This document shows positions 9,918-19,620 of a DNA stretch of 64,000 nucleotides, in pieces. A program made the position numbers and the translations under genes. A model generated the notes under the pieces. It searched no databases and had not been told where the DNA came from. It saw only the letters and a list, made by a program, of their open reading frames with translations. How positions within the stretch are numbered: position 1 is the first letter of the stretch; every line of letters starts with the position of its first letter. The stretch lies in NCBI GenBank assembly GCA_044351265.1, contig JBILGC010000002.1, positions 19,797 through 83,796 on the forward strand, given 5' to 3'. The DNA is from Bacteroidia bacterium (GTDB taxonomy: Bacteria > Bacteroidota > Bacteroidia > UKL13-3).

Positions 9918-10742
9918 ATGACGTGGGAAGAGGCTGTAAAACAATTGCGAAGCAAACCCGAAAATCATCAAAGCATTTTAGATAATTACTTTGATGAAGA
10001 TATCTTTACGTCAGTTGAGCGCTTCTATCAGAGCGATGAGTTTAAAGCGCTTATTAAGCTTATCCCACCTAGCGCTAAGACGCTTTTGGATATTGGTGCC
10101 GGACGCGGTATTGCATCCTATGCATTTGCTAAAAAAGGATTGCAGGTAACAGCATTGGAGCCGGACACAAGTAATGATGTTGGCTCTGGTGCCATTAAAA
10201 AAATTGCATCTGATTGTAACCTGCCCATCCGGGTTGAAGAATCTTTTGGGGAAAAATTACCATTTGAATCTGATAGTTTTGATCTTGTTTATGCAAGGCA
10301 GGTTTTGCATCATGCTCATAACCTTACGCAATTTTGCAAAGAGGCTGCACGTGTGCTAAAACCCGGTGGTTTATTTATTGCCACGCGTGAGCATGTTTTA
10401 AGCAAAGAATCTGATTTAGCTGTTTTTCTCGCTCTGCATCCGCTTCATAACCAATATGGCGGTGAGCATGCATTTACATTGAAAGAATATTTGGGAGCTA
10501 TAAAAAGTGCCGGACTTCAGTTAAAAAAGGTTTTACATCCGTATGCCTCTGTTATTAATTACGCTCCCCTCACAGAAGTACAACTAAAAAATCGCTTTGC
10601 TGAATCTGTTTCCGGTGTTACCGGGAATTTTTTTGCTAAAGCTATAGTTGGAAACAAAAATTTGTTTAGCGTATTAACATACCTTAAAGCGTTAAGGTTT
10701 AAACAACCCGGAAGGCTTTATTCATTTATAGCAACAAAATAA
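9918..10742 (+). CDS. Class I SAM-dependent methyltransferase
   Basis: 274 aa. …LLDIGAGRGIASYAFAKKGLQVTALEPD… (motif I) and …VLKPGGLFIATRE…. Confidence 0.8.
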   Translation: MTWEEAVKQLRSKPENHQSILDNYFDEDIFTSVERFYQSDEFKALIKLIPPSAKTLLDIGAGRGIASYAFAKKGLQVTALEPDTSNDVGSGAIKKIASDCNLPIRVEESFGEKLPFESDSFDLVYARQVLHHAHNLTQFCKEAARVLKPGGLFIATREHVLSKESDLAVFLALHPLHNQYGGEHAFTLKEYLGAIKSAGLQLKKVLHPYASVINYAPLTEVQLKNRFAESVSGVTGNFFAKAIVGNKNLFSVLTYLKALRFKQPGRLYSFIATK

Positions 10743-10744
10743 GT

Positions 10745-11692
10745 ATGCAAAAAATAACTGTAACCGGTGGGGCCGGTTTTATTGGTTCACATCTTGTAGA
10801 TCTATTGCTGGCCGATGGCCATAAAGTGTTGGTGTTGGATAATTTTTCTTACGGAAAAAAACAATTTTTACCTGTTGAAAATAATCTGCTATCTGTTGCT
10901 GAGGGAGATATTACGGATAAAGAATTCGTTAATAAACAGATAAAAGGTTTTGAGCCTGAAATTATTTTTCATTTAGCCGCGTTGCATCATATACCAACAT
11001 GTGAAAACAAACCTGATGAAGCTTTAAAAATAAATATTGAGGGCACACAACATGTTTTAAATGCAGCTGCAGCCTGCACCACATTAAAAAAAATAGTGTT
11101 TGCATCTAGTGGTGCAGTATATGATATAGTTGACACACCGCTGCTAGAAAACCAAACACCAACAATACCCTATGATATTTATAGCGTATCAAAGTTAAGT
11201 GGTGAATACCTGATGCGATTGTGGGCAAATAAGTTCGGAAAACAGGCTTTGGTAGCAAGGATATTCAACACCATTGGCGGACGAGAAACCAACGCGCATC
11301 TTGTTCCTGAAATTGTTGAGCAGCTACTTGGCGGAAAAAGCACTATAGAGCTGGGGAATCTTGAGCCCAAAAGAAGCTATATTGATGCAAGAGACACCTC
11401 AGCGGGTTTATATGCTTTAAGTAAGATTAAATCAGATAAGCCCTTTGATGTGTTTAATATGGGAAGAGAAGATGAGTATAACGTAAAAGAAATTGTGGAA
11501 ATGCTTGGAATAGCTCAGGATAAACCCATAGAAATTATCCAATCTGCGGCACGCATGAGGAAAGTTGATCGCCTTAAACAGCAAGCATCCATGCAAAAAA
11601 CCAAAGCGGCAACAGGCTGGGAACCCAAATACAGCGTTCAGGAAGGACTAGCCTATGCTTATACTTTTGATAAAGAGAGGTGCTTAAGATAA
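10745..11692 (+). CDS. NAD-dependent sugar-nucleotide epimerase/dehydratase (extended SDR)
   Basis: 315 aa. Rossmann GGAGFIGSHLVDLL. The catalytic YxxxK is present as …YSVSKLSGEY…. Confidence 0.9.
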   Translation: MQKITVTGGAGFIGSHLVDLLLADGHKVLVLDNFSYGKKQFLPVENNLLSVAEGDITDKEFVNKQIKGFEPEIIFHLAALHHIPTCENKPDEALKINIEGTQHVLNAAAACTTLKKIVFASSGAVYDIVDTPLLENQTPTIPYDIYSVSKLSGEYLMRLWANKFGKQALVARIFNTIGGRETNAHLVPEIVEQLLGGKSTIELGNLEPKRSYIDARDTSAGLYALSKIKSDKPFDVFNMGREDEYNVKEIVEMLGIAQDKPIEIIQSAARMRKVDRLKQQASMQKTKAATGWEPKYSVQEGLAYAYTFDKERCLR

Positions 11693-12846
11693 TGTCTCAA
11701 AAAAAATTACATATCTGCTTAAATCTCATTGCCGACCCTAACTGGCATGCAGGTAATATTTATATTTTTAATATCATTCATGCATTATCCAAATTACCTG
11801 CCAAAGAGCGTAACGAGATTAAACTAAGTATTGCCACACGTAATCTCAATGATATACCGGATGAAATAAAACATAAGGTTGATTATATCTATAAGGAAAC
11901 CCTCTACCATCTGGCATTTTATAAGATATTAAAAATGCTCCCTGCGTTCTGCAGAATTAGTATTTTTAATTTCCGAAAGATTGACTTTTACTACCCCGGG
12001 GGCAACCTTCCGCGCAACTGGATTTTTAAGTGGGGTGGTTGGATTCCGGATTTTCAGTATCGCTATTTACCTCAACTTTTTTCTAAAGAAGAATATGAAA
12101 GCAGAGAGTCTCGCAACGCCTACCTGGCTGCTCAATCTCCTGTTTTGGCTTTTAGCAGTAAAAATGCCATGGAAGATTATCTGAAGTTTTTTCCTCAGCA
12201 TAAAGGCAATGAATTTTTGCTGCGCTTTGTAAGCAATGCTAATGAAGATTGGCTAAAAGACAACCCTGCTGAAATACAAAAGAAGTATCGATTGCCTGAT
12301 TCCTTCTTTATGGTTTGCAACCAGTTTTGGAAACACAAAGATCACCCTACCATTATTGAAGCTATTTATAAACTCAAGCAAAAGGGTATCATTATTCATG
12401 TTGTTTGTACTGGTGCAACTGAGGATTTCCGAAATCCGGAATATTATCCCGGCCTGCTAAAAAAAGCGAAAGCGTTAGGGGTTAACGAGCAGTTTATTGT
12501 GCTGGGTTTTATCTCTCGCAAAGATCAGATTCAACTCATCAGACGAAGCCTTGCAATAATACAACCCTCATTGTTCGAAGGATGGAGCACGGTTGTGGAG
12601 GATGGCAGATCATTGGGCAAGCCAATATTTCTAAGCAATTTTCCTGTTCATGTTGAACAAAACCCTCCATATACGTGGTATTTTAAACAGCAAGACGCAG
12701 ATGAGCTTGCAGCCCTCATTGAAAAACATCTGAACGAACTGAAACCCGGACCTGATACGCAAAAAGAAAAAACTGCATTTGAAGAAAACATCGTAATGAT
12801 GACTGAGTTTGGCAGACGTATAATCGAAATGGCTCGCTTAATTTAG
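11680..12846 (+). CDS. Glycosyltransferase, GT-B fold (GT1/GT4-like)
   Basis: 388 aa. The C-terminal half has the GT-B E-x7-E signature (…IIQPSLFEGWSTVVEDGRSLGKPIFLS…). No TM segment. Start overlaps the epimerase stop. Confidence 0.55.
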   Translation: MLKIMSQKKLHICLNLIADPNWHAGNIYIFNIIHALSKLPAKERNEIKLSIATRNLNDIPDEIKHKVDYIYKETLYHLAFYKILKMLPAFCRISIFNFRKIDFYYPGGNLPRNWIFKWGGWIPDFQYRYLPQLFSKEEYESRESRNAYLAAQSPVLAFSSKNAMEDYLKFFPQHKGNEFLLRFVSNANEDWLKDNPAEIQKKYRLPDSFFMVCNQFWKHKDHPTIIEAIYKLKQKGIIIHVVCTGATEDFRNPEYYPGLLKKAKALGVNEQFIVLGFISRKDQIQLIRRSLAIIQPSLFEGWSTVVEDGRSLGKPIFLSNFPVHVEQNPPYTWYFKQQDADELAALIEKHLNELKPGPDTQKEKTAFEENIVMMTEFGRRIIEMARLI

Positions 12847-13980
12847 TAAAACAGGAATAATATCAATTAAGCGCCTCTCATAGGTATATTCTGTTAGAGT
12901 TCGTATTTGCCCTGCCTGGGCAATAGCTTTCATCTTTTCCGGATTATTTAATAAGTATTGCACTTTATCTGCACATTCTTCCGGTGTTTTATAAACCACC
13001 ACCTCTTCGTCCGGAACAAACAATGCATCCATATTCTGTTTCCAATCGGTAACCAAGCACGCCCCTACTCCTGTTGCCTCCCACAATCTGATATTGCCTC
13101 CATAATTTAAAGCAGTGTCAATATGTGAATTTAAAGTGATGTGTGAATGGGCAAGCGTCTGATACATTTCCAGCCCAAACAAATTACCTTTATTAATACG
13201 CCATAAGTTTAAAATATCTCTAACATCCTGCAACTTTCCTTGCTTTAGTTTCAATAAAATATTTTTAAGAAGATATGGTTTATTATCGTCAAAAGAAGCA
13301 AGCCAATAATCAACCTTGTGTCTTCTGGCAACTGCGCCCAACACGCGTAAACGATTATGGTGGCCATTGTTTCTCAAGGTTAATGACCCCACAAAGCTGA
13401 TATTATATTTCTTATTAGCCGTATCAATTTTGTTTAGTAGTGTTTTTTCAAAGGCAAACTGAAAAAGGTGCGTTTTAAATCCCTTAGAATGATAATACTG
13501 TAAAAAATGCTCGCCACCCGAGAGCATCAAATCGCAGCCTTCAAAGCGCTTGGCATCACAAATACCAATTCCATCCCAACCAATTACTTTTTTTATACCC
13601 GGACAACTTTTTCTTACTTTCTTTCTAATATCGGGATTTACATAAACGTAATCGTTGGCAAAGAATATTTCGGGGGCAAATGCCTTAATCTGTTCCAGAA
13701 AAATTTCTTCAAGCCAGTTATCATTATTAAAATTTACATTGTTTTCCTGTGCCCATTTTTTCTGTGCAAACTCATTGTTAATGATTACAAGTTCTACATC
13801 AAATTGCCCTGTTTTCTCCAAATTTATCTTCCAGTAATCAGCCCAGCCAATGCCTTGTTCCATCATTTTAGCATATTGCCAAGCATAGGGCTTATTGGCA
13901 AGTCCCTCCTCTTGCTTGTATAGCCTTTCCAGATACTCCGGATAAAATGAGGCCACCTTAAATAATTTAACCTTGCCCAC
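12838..13980 (-). CDS. Glycosyltransferase, CgeB-like / Glyco_trans_1_2 family
   Basis: 380 aa. The C-terminal …NIRLWEATGVGACLVTDWKQNMDALFVPDEEVVVYKTPEECADKVQYLLNNPEKMKAIAQAGQ… matches the CgeB-type GT1 C-terminal domain pattern. Convergent with the previous gene, 9-bp overlap. Confidence 0.55.
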   Translation of the reverse strand: MGKVKLFKVASFYPEYLERLYKQEEGLANKPYAWQYAKMMEQGIGWADYWKINLEKTGQFDVELVIINNEFAQKKWAQENNVNFNNDNWLEEIFLEQIKAFAPEIFFANDYVYVNPDIRKKVRKSCPGIKKVIGWDGIGICDAKRFEGCDLMLSGGEHFLQYYHSKGFKTHLFQFAFEKTLLNKIDTANKKYNISFVGSLTLRNNGHHNRLRVLGAVARRHKVDYWLASFDDNKPYLLKNILLKLKQGKLQDVRDILNLWRINKGNLFGLEMYQTLAHSHITLNSHIDTALNYGGNIRLWEATGVGACLVTDWKQNMDALFVPDEEVVVYKTPEECADKVQYLLNNPEKMKAIAQAGQIRTLTEYTYERRLIDIIPVLLN

Positions 13981-15916
13981 TTTTTATAAAATTATTTTCA
14001 AACCATAGGTAATGCACATATTTCCAGAAATTACCTGTGCTATTCCAATCCCAAGATTTGTTTTTGTAACGTTTTTCTGCCTCCTGCTTAAGTGCCTGAT
14101 GATTGACAAACGGGCTTGGTTTATTAAGCTGCTCCATTAGCCAAGGAAAAACAGGCCCGTTAAACCATTCAGGCATGGGTGCGTTAAATCCAATTTTTAC
14201 ACGAGAAGCGCGTATGCTTTCCGGCATATATCCCTTCATTGCCTCTCGGGCAATTAATTTGGTGTAGCCGTTTTGTATCTTACTGCTACCGGGTAAAGAA
14301 AAAGTATATGCCACCAAACGCCAATCCATAAAAGGCATTCTTACTTCAATACCATTTGCCATGCTCATTCTATCAAAATTTCTCAAAATGGTAGGTAACA
14401 CATCTGCATGAAATAATTGATATAATTTACGGTTAGTTTCATCCATGTCTTGTGGGGCCTCCTTCGTTATTGGGAAACCATCGTTTACTTGATAGACATC
14501 CTTATGAATAAAAGATTGCCAGAACGAGGCAGACCATTGGTCTTTCCAAGACTTAAGTGTTTTAATTACTTGACGATATGGAGCAAAATCCGGGTGATAG
14601 TTTAGCTGGGCAGGTAAACTATTTTTAAATGCCTCAGCGAATCCTGTGTATGGGCTTTTGCCAATATATTGTTGGTATGCATTTAGCAAGTTTAAGTTTT
14701 CGTGCACACCACCAATCCATGAAGGCGCATTGCTTAAAAATGCACCATCGGCATGCAAATAACCGCCCATCAATTCATCAGCACCATGGCCATCTAGTGA
14801 TACTACAATATTATTTCTTCTTAGCTCTCTATAAATTAGCCAAGGAGCAATGGGAATGCCTACATACACATCATCAAAATCATACAATACACGGTCCATC
14901 ATCTCCAGCGACTCTTCTTCTTTCACTTCAAAAAAATGCCCTTTTACCTGATTATATGCTACAACCTCTTCCGCTTGCGGCCGCTCATCATTACTCTTTC
15001 CCGGAAATGTTGCAACAAACGTTTGCTGCCAATTTGCCGCCATTCTTTCATCACCTTGTTGTGCACCCATTTGTGCGAGTGCAGAAACAACCGCACTTGA
15101 ATCGAACCCACCGCTTAGACTTGAGCCAACCGATACATCACTGCGCATGCGCAGTTTCACTGCATCAAAAAAAAGGTCTCTGAAACGGTTTGCTTGCGAT
15201 GCCAAATCTGGCGGAACAGCTTGCAGGTGTTCTGCTGTATTCCACCAGCGTGTAATTTTAATTGTTCCGTTTGTTATCCATGCGCAATTACCCGCTTGAA
15301 GTTTATGTACATTTCTGAACATTGTTTTAGCGGAAGACTCTACTCCAAATCCTGTTTTTAAAAACTGAATGGCGCTTGTTTCGTCTACAGCAGGTGTATA
15401 TCCGTCCAGGTGTTTAAATGCTTTAAGCTCTGATGCAAAAGCAAACTGTTGGCTGTTTAATAAAAAATGAAAGGGTTTAATGCCAAAGCGGTCTCTGGCT
15501 ATAAAACAAGTGTTGTTTTGGCTATCAAATAAGCATAGTGCCCACATGCCATTAAACTTATGTAACATGTGCTCTTTCCATTCATGATATGCCGCCATTA
15601 TCACTTCTGTATCACCATTGGTTTTAAAGTGGTACCCCTTTGCAACAAGCTCTTCCTTTATTTCAATAAAATTAAAAATCTCGCCATTGAATACAATGTG
15701 ATACCTATTATCTGCAAAGTGCATGGGCTGATCGCCCTCTCTGCTCAAATCAATAATAGCAAGTCGTCTGTGTCCAAGAGCAAGATTCTTGTTTTCATTA
15801 AGCCATATCCCTCTGCCATCCGGACCACGGTGTTTTAGGCTATCGGTGAAGCGAATAATGCTTTCTTCTGCTACCTGCAACCCGTTAAAATTCCATATGC
15901 CTGCAATGCCACACAT
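13967..15916 (-). CDS. Asparagine synthase (glutamine-hydrolysing) family amidotransferase, AsnB/WbpS-like
   Basis: 649 aa. N-terminal Met-Cys nucleophile (MCGIAGIW…) and the PP-loop …SLSGGFDSSAVV… (SGGxDS). Lies in a glycan cluster, so it is probably a sugar-carboxylate amidotransferase rather than housekeeping AsnB. Confidence 0.9.
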   Translation of the reverse strand: MCGIAGIWNFNGLQVAEESIIRFTDSLKHRGPDGRGIWLNENKNLALGHRRLAIIDLSREGDQPMHFADNRYHIVFNGEIFNFIEIKEELVAKGYHFKTNGDTEVIMAAYHEWKEHMLHKFNGMWALCLFDSQNNTCFIARDRFGIKPFHFLLNSQQFAFASELKAFKHLDGYTPAVDETSAIQFLKTGFGVESSAKTMFRNVHKLQAGNCAWITNGTIKITRWWNTAEHLQAVPPDLASQANRFRDLFFDAVKLRMRSDVSVGSSLSGGFDSSAVVSALAQMGAQQGDERMAANWQQTFVATFPGKSNDERPQAEEVVAYNQVKGHFFEVKEEESLEMMDRVLYDFDDVYVGIPIAPWLIYRELRRNNIVVSLDGHGADELMGGYLHADGAFLSNAPSWIGGVHENLNLLNAYQQYIGKSPYTGFAEAFKNSLPAQLNYHPDFAPYRQVIKTLKSWKDQWSASFWQSFIHKDVYQVNDGFPITKEAPQDMDETNRKLYQLFHADVLPTILRNFDRMSMANGIEVRMPFMDWRLVAYTFSLPGSSKIQNGYTKLIAREAMKGYMPESIRASRVKIGFNAPMPEWFNGPVFPWLMEQLNKPSPFVNHQALKQEAEKRYKNKSWDWNSTGNFWKYVHYLWFENNFIKSGQG

Positions 15917-17536
15917 TTATTTTAATTGTTTAATTTTATTTGCAACGTGTGCAAAGAGCTTAAAGAAGAGCTCTTCGTGTTCTTTACCGTATGGCAGCAA
16001 ACGTGTAATTAAAAAGATGAGAATTAACGAGCTTACAATCATAAATAGATATACCAACAATAAATCTATCCAGCCTTGAATTAAATATGGCTGAAAGAAT
16101 GTATAAAGCGATGCCCAGGAAATGCCAATTAAAATTGGTACGACAACAGCACTAATTACTGCAGATAGAGGTATCGTGTTCTTTACTGCTGTGTGCATTA
16201 CCCTTGAAATACTAATTAGCTGTGAGAGAGCAGCAAGAAGCACGCTAAAACCTGCACCCTTCAAACCATACTTAGGAATAATGAACATTGCTGCTGCCAC
16301 ATTTACCACCCCGGAAATTACTGATATGTAGGTTATCTTTTGGGTTTTGCCTACACCAAGTAAAAAGAAATATCCTGCACTTGTTGCTGATCCAATTGCT
16401 CCGGCTACACACATTGTCTGTAATAATATTTCGCCATCATTAGCTATCATTACATTCTTCATCCATAAATTGATTAGAGGATGAGCCACAGGTATTATAG
16501 AGCAGAGCAAACAAACGGCTAAGGTTGTCAGTATCCAACTAGATTTGATGAGAATATTTGCCTTTCTTTCGTAAGAATCATTTGATAATGCGCTGAATGT
16601 TGGAAAAAGCACTTCAGATAATTTGTATACAATTGAGTATATTTTGCTTTCTATGTTTTGTGCAACATTATAAATGCCAACTGAAGCGGCTGTAAGATAA
16701 AGCCCTAATATAAAGCGCTCTGCCTGCTGGGTAAGTATACCTCCTATTTGTGCAAGAGTTTGCCACCCTCCATAATGAAAAGATTTTCTCCAAGCCTCCT
16801 TATGAATTTTGGGTGATAAGTTAACTGAAGGTAGCAGAATTTTGGCAATAATGAACCAATATAAAAACGTACAAATCTGGCCTCCAATGGTACCAAGGGT
16901 ATAGCCAAATAAATTGTTTTCATATTGTAAGATAATATAGGTAAGAATAGCTGTGGTTGTAAGTGATAGAATATTGCCTGTGGCAACCATTTGGAAACGC
17001 TGCAGCGCCACCGGGATACCCATAAAAGATGCAGAACATTGATTAGCAAGCCATCCAAATGCAACCAACCTAATGCTAACTGATATTATTTCATTTAACT
17101 CCGGCCTGATATTATCGCCAAAAAATAGAAAAAAGATGTATTGGCCACCAAAAAAAATGAGCATAAAACCTATAAAACCAACAACCAAATTCATAAAGAA
17201 AGTTGTGCGGATGTATGATGCTGCGCTTGCATAATCTCCGAGATGAATAAACTCAGATACATATTTGGTTGTTGCCTCTCCAAATCCAAGATTGGCAAGC
17301 GTTAATGGCTGAACAATTACCAATAACAATGCAGAAATACCATAGGAATCAATTCCAATTTGTGCTACAACATAACGTAGTAAGTAAAAATTAATAGCTA
17401 AACCAACCAAAAAACTTACCAGATTGAGTATAGAGTTTTTAATTGTTTTTATTGCCAGCGTGGTATCAGCCATAATTTTTTGCAAATTAATAATATGTTT
17501 GATTGTTGTAGCATATTTGCCATATGAATATTTCAA
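15917..17536 (-). CDS. Polysaccharide flippase (Wzx / oligosaccharide flippase family)
   Basis: About 12-14 predicted hydrophobic helices along 539 aa. The track start at 17536 overlaps the divergent gene's start; the real start is more likely the internal MADTTLAIK… (about 17473). Confidence 0.7.
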   Translation of the reverse strand: MKYSYGKYATTIKHIINLQKIMADTTLAIKTIKNSILNLVSFLVGLAINFYLLRYVVAQIGIDSYGISALLLVIVQPLTLANLGFGEATTKYVSEFIHLGDYASAASYIRTTFFMNLVVGFIGFMLIFFGGQYIFFLFFGDNIRPELNEIISVSIRLVAFGWLANQCSASFMGIPVALQRFQMVATGNILSLTTTAILTYIILQYENNLFGYTLGTIGGQICTFLYWFIIAKILLPSVNLSPKIHKEAWRKSFHYGGWQTLAQIGGILTQQAERFILGLYLTAASVGIYNVAQNIESKIYSIVYKLSEVLFPTFSALSNDSYERKANILIKSSWILTTLAVCLLCSIIPVAHPLINLWMKNVMIANDGEILLQTMCVAGAIGSATSAGYFFLLGVGKTQKITYISVISGVVNVAAAMFIIPKYGLKGAGFSVLLAALSQLISISRVMHTAVKNTIPLSAVISAVVVPILIGISWASLYTFFQPYLIQGWIDLLLVYLFMIVSSLILIFLITRLLPYGKEHEELFFKLFAHVANKIKQLK

Positions 17537-18564
17537 GCTCTAAGATTGCTTTTTTCGTTTTTAATAAGTTAAGAAAGTGGGTTGATCATCACAGAAATAA
17601 ACTCAGACAGCATAAGAATATGGTGGCGCTTGACATGATAAGAACAGTAAACATTTGCCCGGCTTGCAAAGGCAGCAGGGTTTTTCACTTAGCAGATATT
17701 CCTTATTCTGAAACTTTTTTAAACAAGTGGAACGGCAACGTTAGCGATTTTTATAAAATAGTACACCACGACTTTTTGCATGAGTGCTTTCCGTATGAAT
17801 TTTGCGAAGAGTGTTTATTTTCTTTTCAAAGTGCTACTAAGAAAGGGTTTGCAGAGATGATAGAAAATAATTCTTTGGTGAATGAGCGGGTATTACTTTC
17901 ATACGAAAAACAAACACAGGTAAGTGTAAATCTCGAGCTTATTCAGCATATTTTATCGGAGAATGAAAACCTGAGCACTATTGAAGGGCATTACAAATGG
18001 CTTATTAACGAAATGAAACCCTTTATCTTGCCTGCAAGTAAAATACTTGATTTGGGATGTAACCGAGGAACATTTGCAGAAGTTATGCGAAAAATCTACT
18101 TGGATAGTGAAGTATGGGGCTGCGAAATTAATCATACCTATGCCGCTGCATGTAGGAGCAGATATCCGGATTTAAATCTAATTGAAGAACCATTATCGGA
18201 AAACAAGAAACATGACTCTTTTGATTTAATTTTTTGCAGTGATGTTATTGAGCATATCTGGGACCTTGATGGCTTTATTAAAAGCATTAAGAATAATTTG
18301 AAGCCCTCAGGAAAAATAATGTTTGTTACACCTAATTTAATGTGTGCAAATGCTGTACGGGGCGGAATAAATTGGTGGGGCTATATGCCACCGCATCATA
18401 CACAGCTTTTTTCTGCAAAGTCATTATCAAAACTGCTTGCCCGTCATGGATTTAAACAAAAACAGACCTCTGCATTCGGTGATGAATTTGCAAGTGTTTT
18501 CCAATTAGATCAAGTTAATTTAGACAAGCCCTCAATTAACTTTTCTGAAACAAAATCTATTTGA
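17524..18564 (+). CDS. SAM-dependent methyltransferase with an N-terminal Cys4 zinc-ribbon
   Basis: 346 aa. CPACKGS…CEEC ribbon, then …ILDLGCNRGTFAEVM… (motif I) and …DLIFCSDVIEHI… The 3' end overlaps the convergent aminotransferase by about 55 nt. Confidence 0.7.
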   Translation: MNISSSKIAFFVFNKLRKWVDHHRNKLRQHKNMVALDMIRTVNICPACKGSRVFHLADIPYSETFLNKWNGNVSDFYKIVHHDFLHECFPYEFCEECLFSFQSATKKGFAEMIENNSLVNERVLLSYEKQTQVSVNLELIQHILSENENLSTIEGHYKWLINEMKPFILPASKILDLGCNRGTFAEVMRKIYLDSEVWGCEINHTYAAACRSRYPDLNLIEEPLSENKKHDSFDLIFCSDVIEHIWDLDGFIKSIKNNLKPSGKIMFVTPNLMCANAVRGGINWWGYMPPHHTQLFSAKSLSKLLARHGFKQKQTSAFGDEFASVFQLDQVNLDKPSINFSETKSI

Positions 18565-19619
18565 TCATTGGTTAATTCTGCATACATGGGCAAGGATAAT
18601 AATTTATCCATCTGCCCTGATGCAACGGGGAAATCCTTGGGTTGATGCCCCAAATATTTATAAGCTTTAAGGAGCGGCAGGGCAATAGGATAATGAATAC
18701 CTGTTTCTATTTCCATTTCCTTTAATCTCTGTTGCACCATTTCCCTGTTTGATACTTGCACCACAAATAAATGAAATACGTGGCGGCCTGTATCGGGTAT
18801 AACAGGCAGTTGTATGCCTGAATTTGTCAGATTTAACAGATAGCGCTCTGCATGCTTTATACGAGCTTGTGTCCATTGTTCAAGGTGGGGTAGTTTGGCT
18901 GAAAGAATGGCTGCTTGTATTCCATCCATTCGGCTGTTTCTTCCTTCTATGCCATGGTCGTGTTTGCCTAGGCGTCCATGATTTGCAATCATCCTTGCCA
19001 TGGTTGCTATGGCTTCATCATTGGTTGCCATGCCTCCGGCATCGCCATAAGCACCTAAATTTTTTCCCGGATAAAAACTAAACGAAGAGGCATGACCGAT
19101 AGTGCCTATGGTTTTTCCTTTGTATGTGGCACCATGTGCCTGCGCACAATCCTCAATTACTATTAGCTTGTGTTGAGCTGCTATTTGCATAATGACGTCC
19201 ATATCTGCCGGGCATCCATACAAATGCACAGGTATGATAGCCTTTGTTCTAGGAGTAATTTTCTCAACTATCTTCGTTACATCAATGGTATAATGGGATG
19301 GGTGGGAATCAACAAAAACAACTTTTGCCCCAACAGTAGTTACACTCTCTGAGGTAGAGATCCAGCTGTTGGCAGGAACAATTACCTCATCCCCTGCGCC
19401 AATCTGATAAGCTTTGAGCAAAATCTCGAGAGAATCTGTGCCATTGGCACATGCTATTACATGGTTAATTCCCAGATACTGCGCAAACCCTTCCTCAAAA
19501 GAGGTGGCATACTTTCCGCTAATAAAAGCTGTTTCGCCAATAACGGCTTGAATGCCTTTATCAATTTCTTTTTGAATACTCTGGTATTGAAGTTTTAAAT
19601 CAACAAATGGTACGTGCAT
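18510..19619 (-). CDS. DegT/DnrJ/EryC1/StrS-family PLP-dependent sugar aminotransferase (GnnB/WbpE-like)
   Basis: 369 aa. N-terminal …VPFVDLKLQYQSIQKEIDKGIQAVIGETAFISGKYATSFEEGFAQYLG… is typical of the family. Last gene of a three-gene minus-strand operon. Confidence 0.9.
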   Translation of the reverse strand: MHVPFVDLKLQYQSIQKEIDKGIQAVIGETAFISGKYATSFEEGFAQYLGINHVIACANGTDSLEILLKAYQIGAGDEVIVPANSWISTSESVTTVGAKVVFVDSHPSHYTIDVTKIVEKITPRTKAIIPVHLYGCPADMDVIMQIAAQHKLIVIEDCAQAHGATYKGKTIGTIGHASSFSFYPGKNLGAYGDAGGMATNDEAIATMARMIANHGRLGKHDHGIEGRNSRMDGIQAAILSAKLPHLEQWTQARIKHAERYLLNLTNSGIQLPVIPDTGRHVFHLFVVQVSNREMVQQRLKEMEIETGIHYPIALPLLKAYKYLGHQPKDFPVASGQMDKLLSLPMYAELTNDQIDFVSEKLIEGLSKLT

Positions 19620-19620
19620 G

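Noticed and set aside
14629-15183. 184-aa His-rich ORF antisense to the AsnB-like gene
   Set aside because: The histidine richness is a mirror of the sense-strand codon composition. It lies wholly inside a well-supported CDS.
17524-17536. Divergent genes (wzx and the zinc-ribbon MTase) with overlapping start codons
   Set aside because: This is resolved by using the internal Met (MADTTLAIK…, about 17473) as the flippase start, which leaves a normal roughly 50-bp divergent promoter region.
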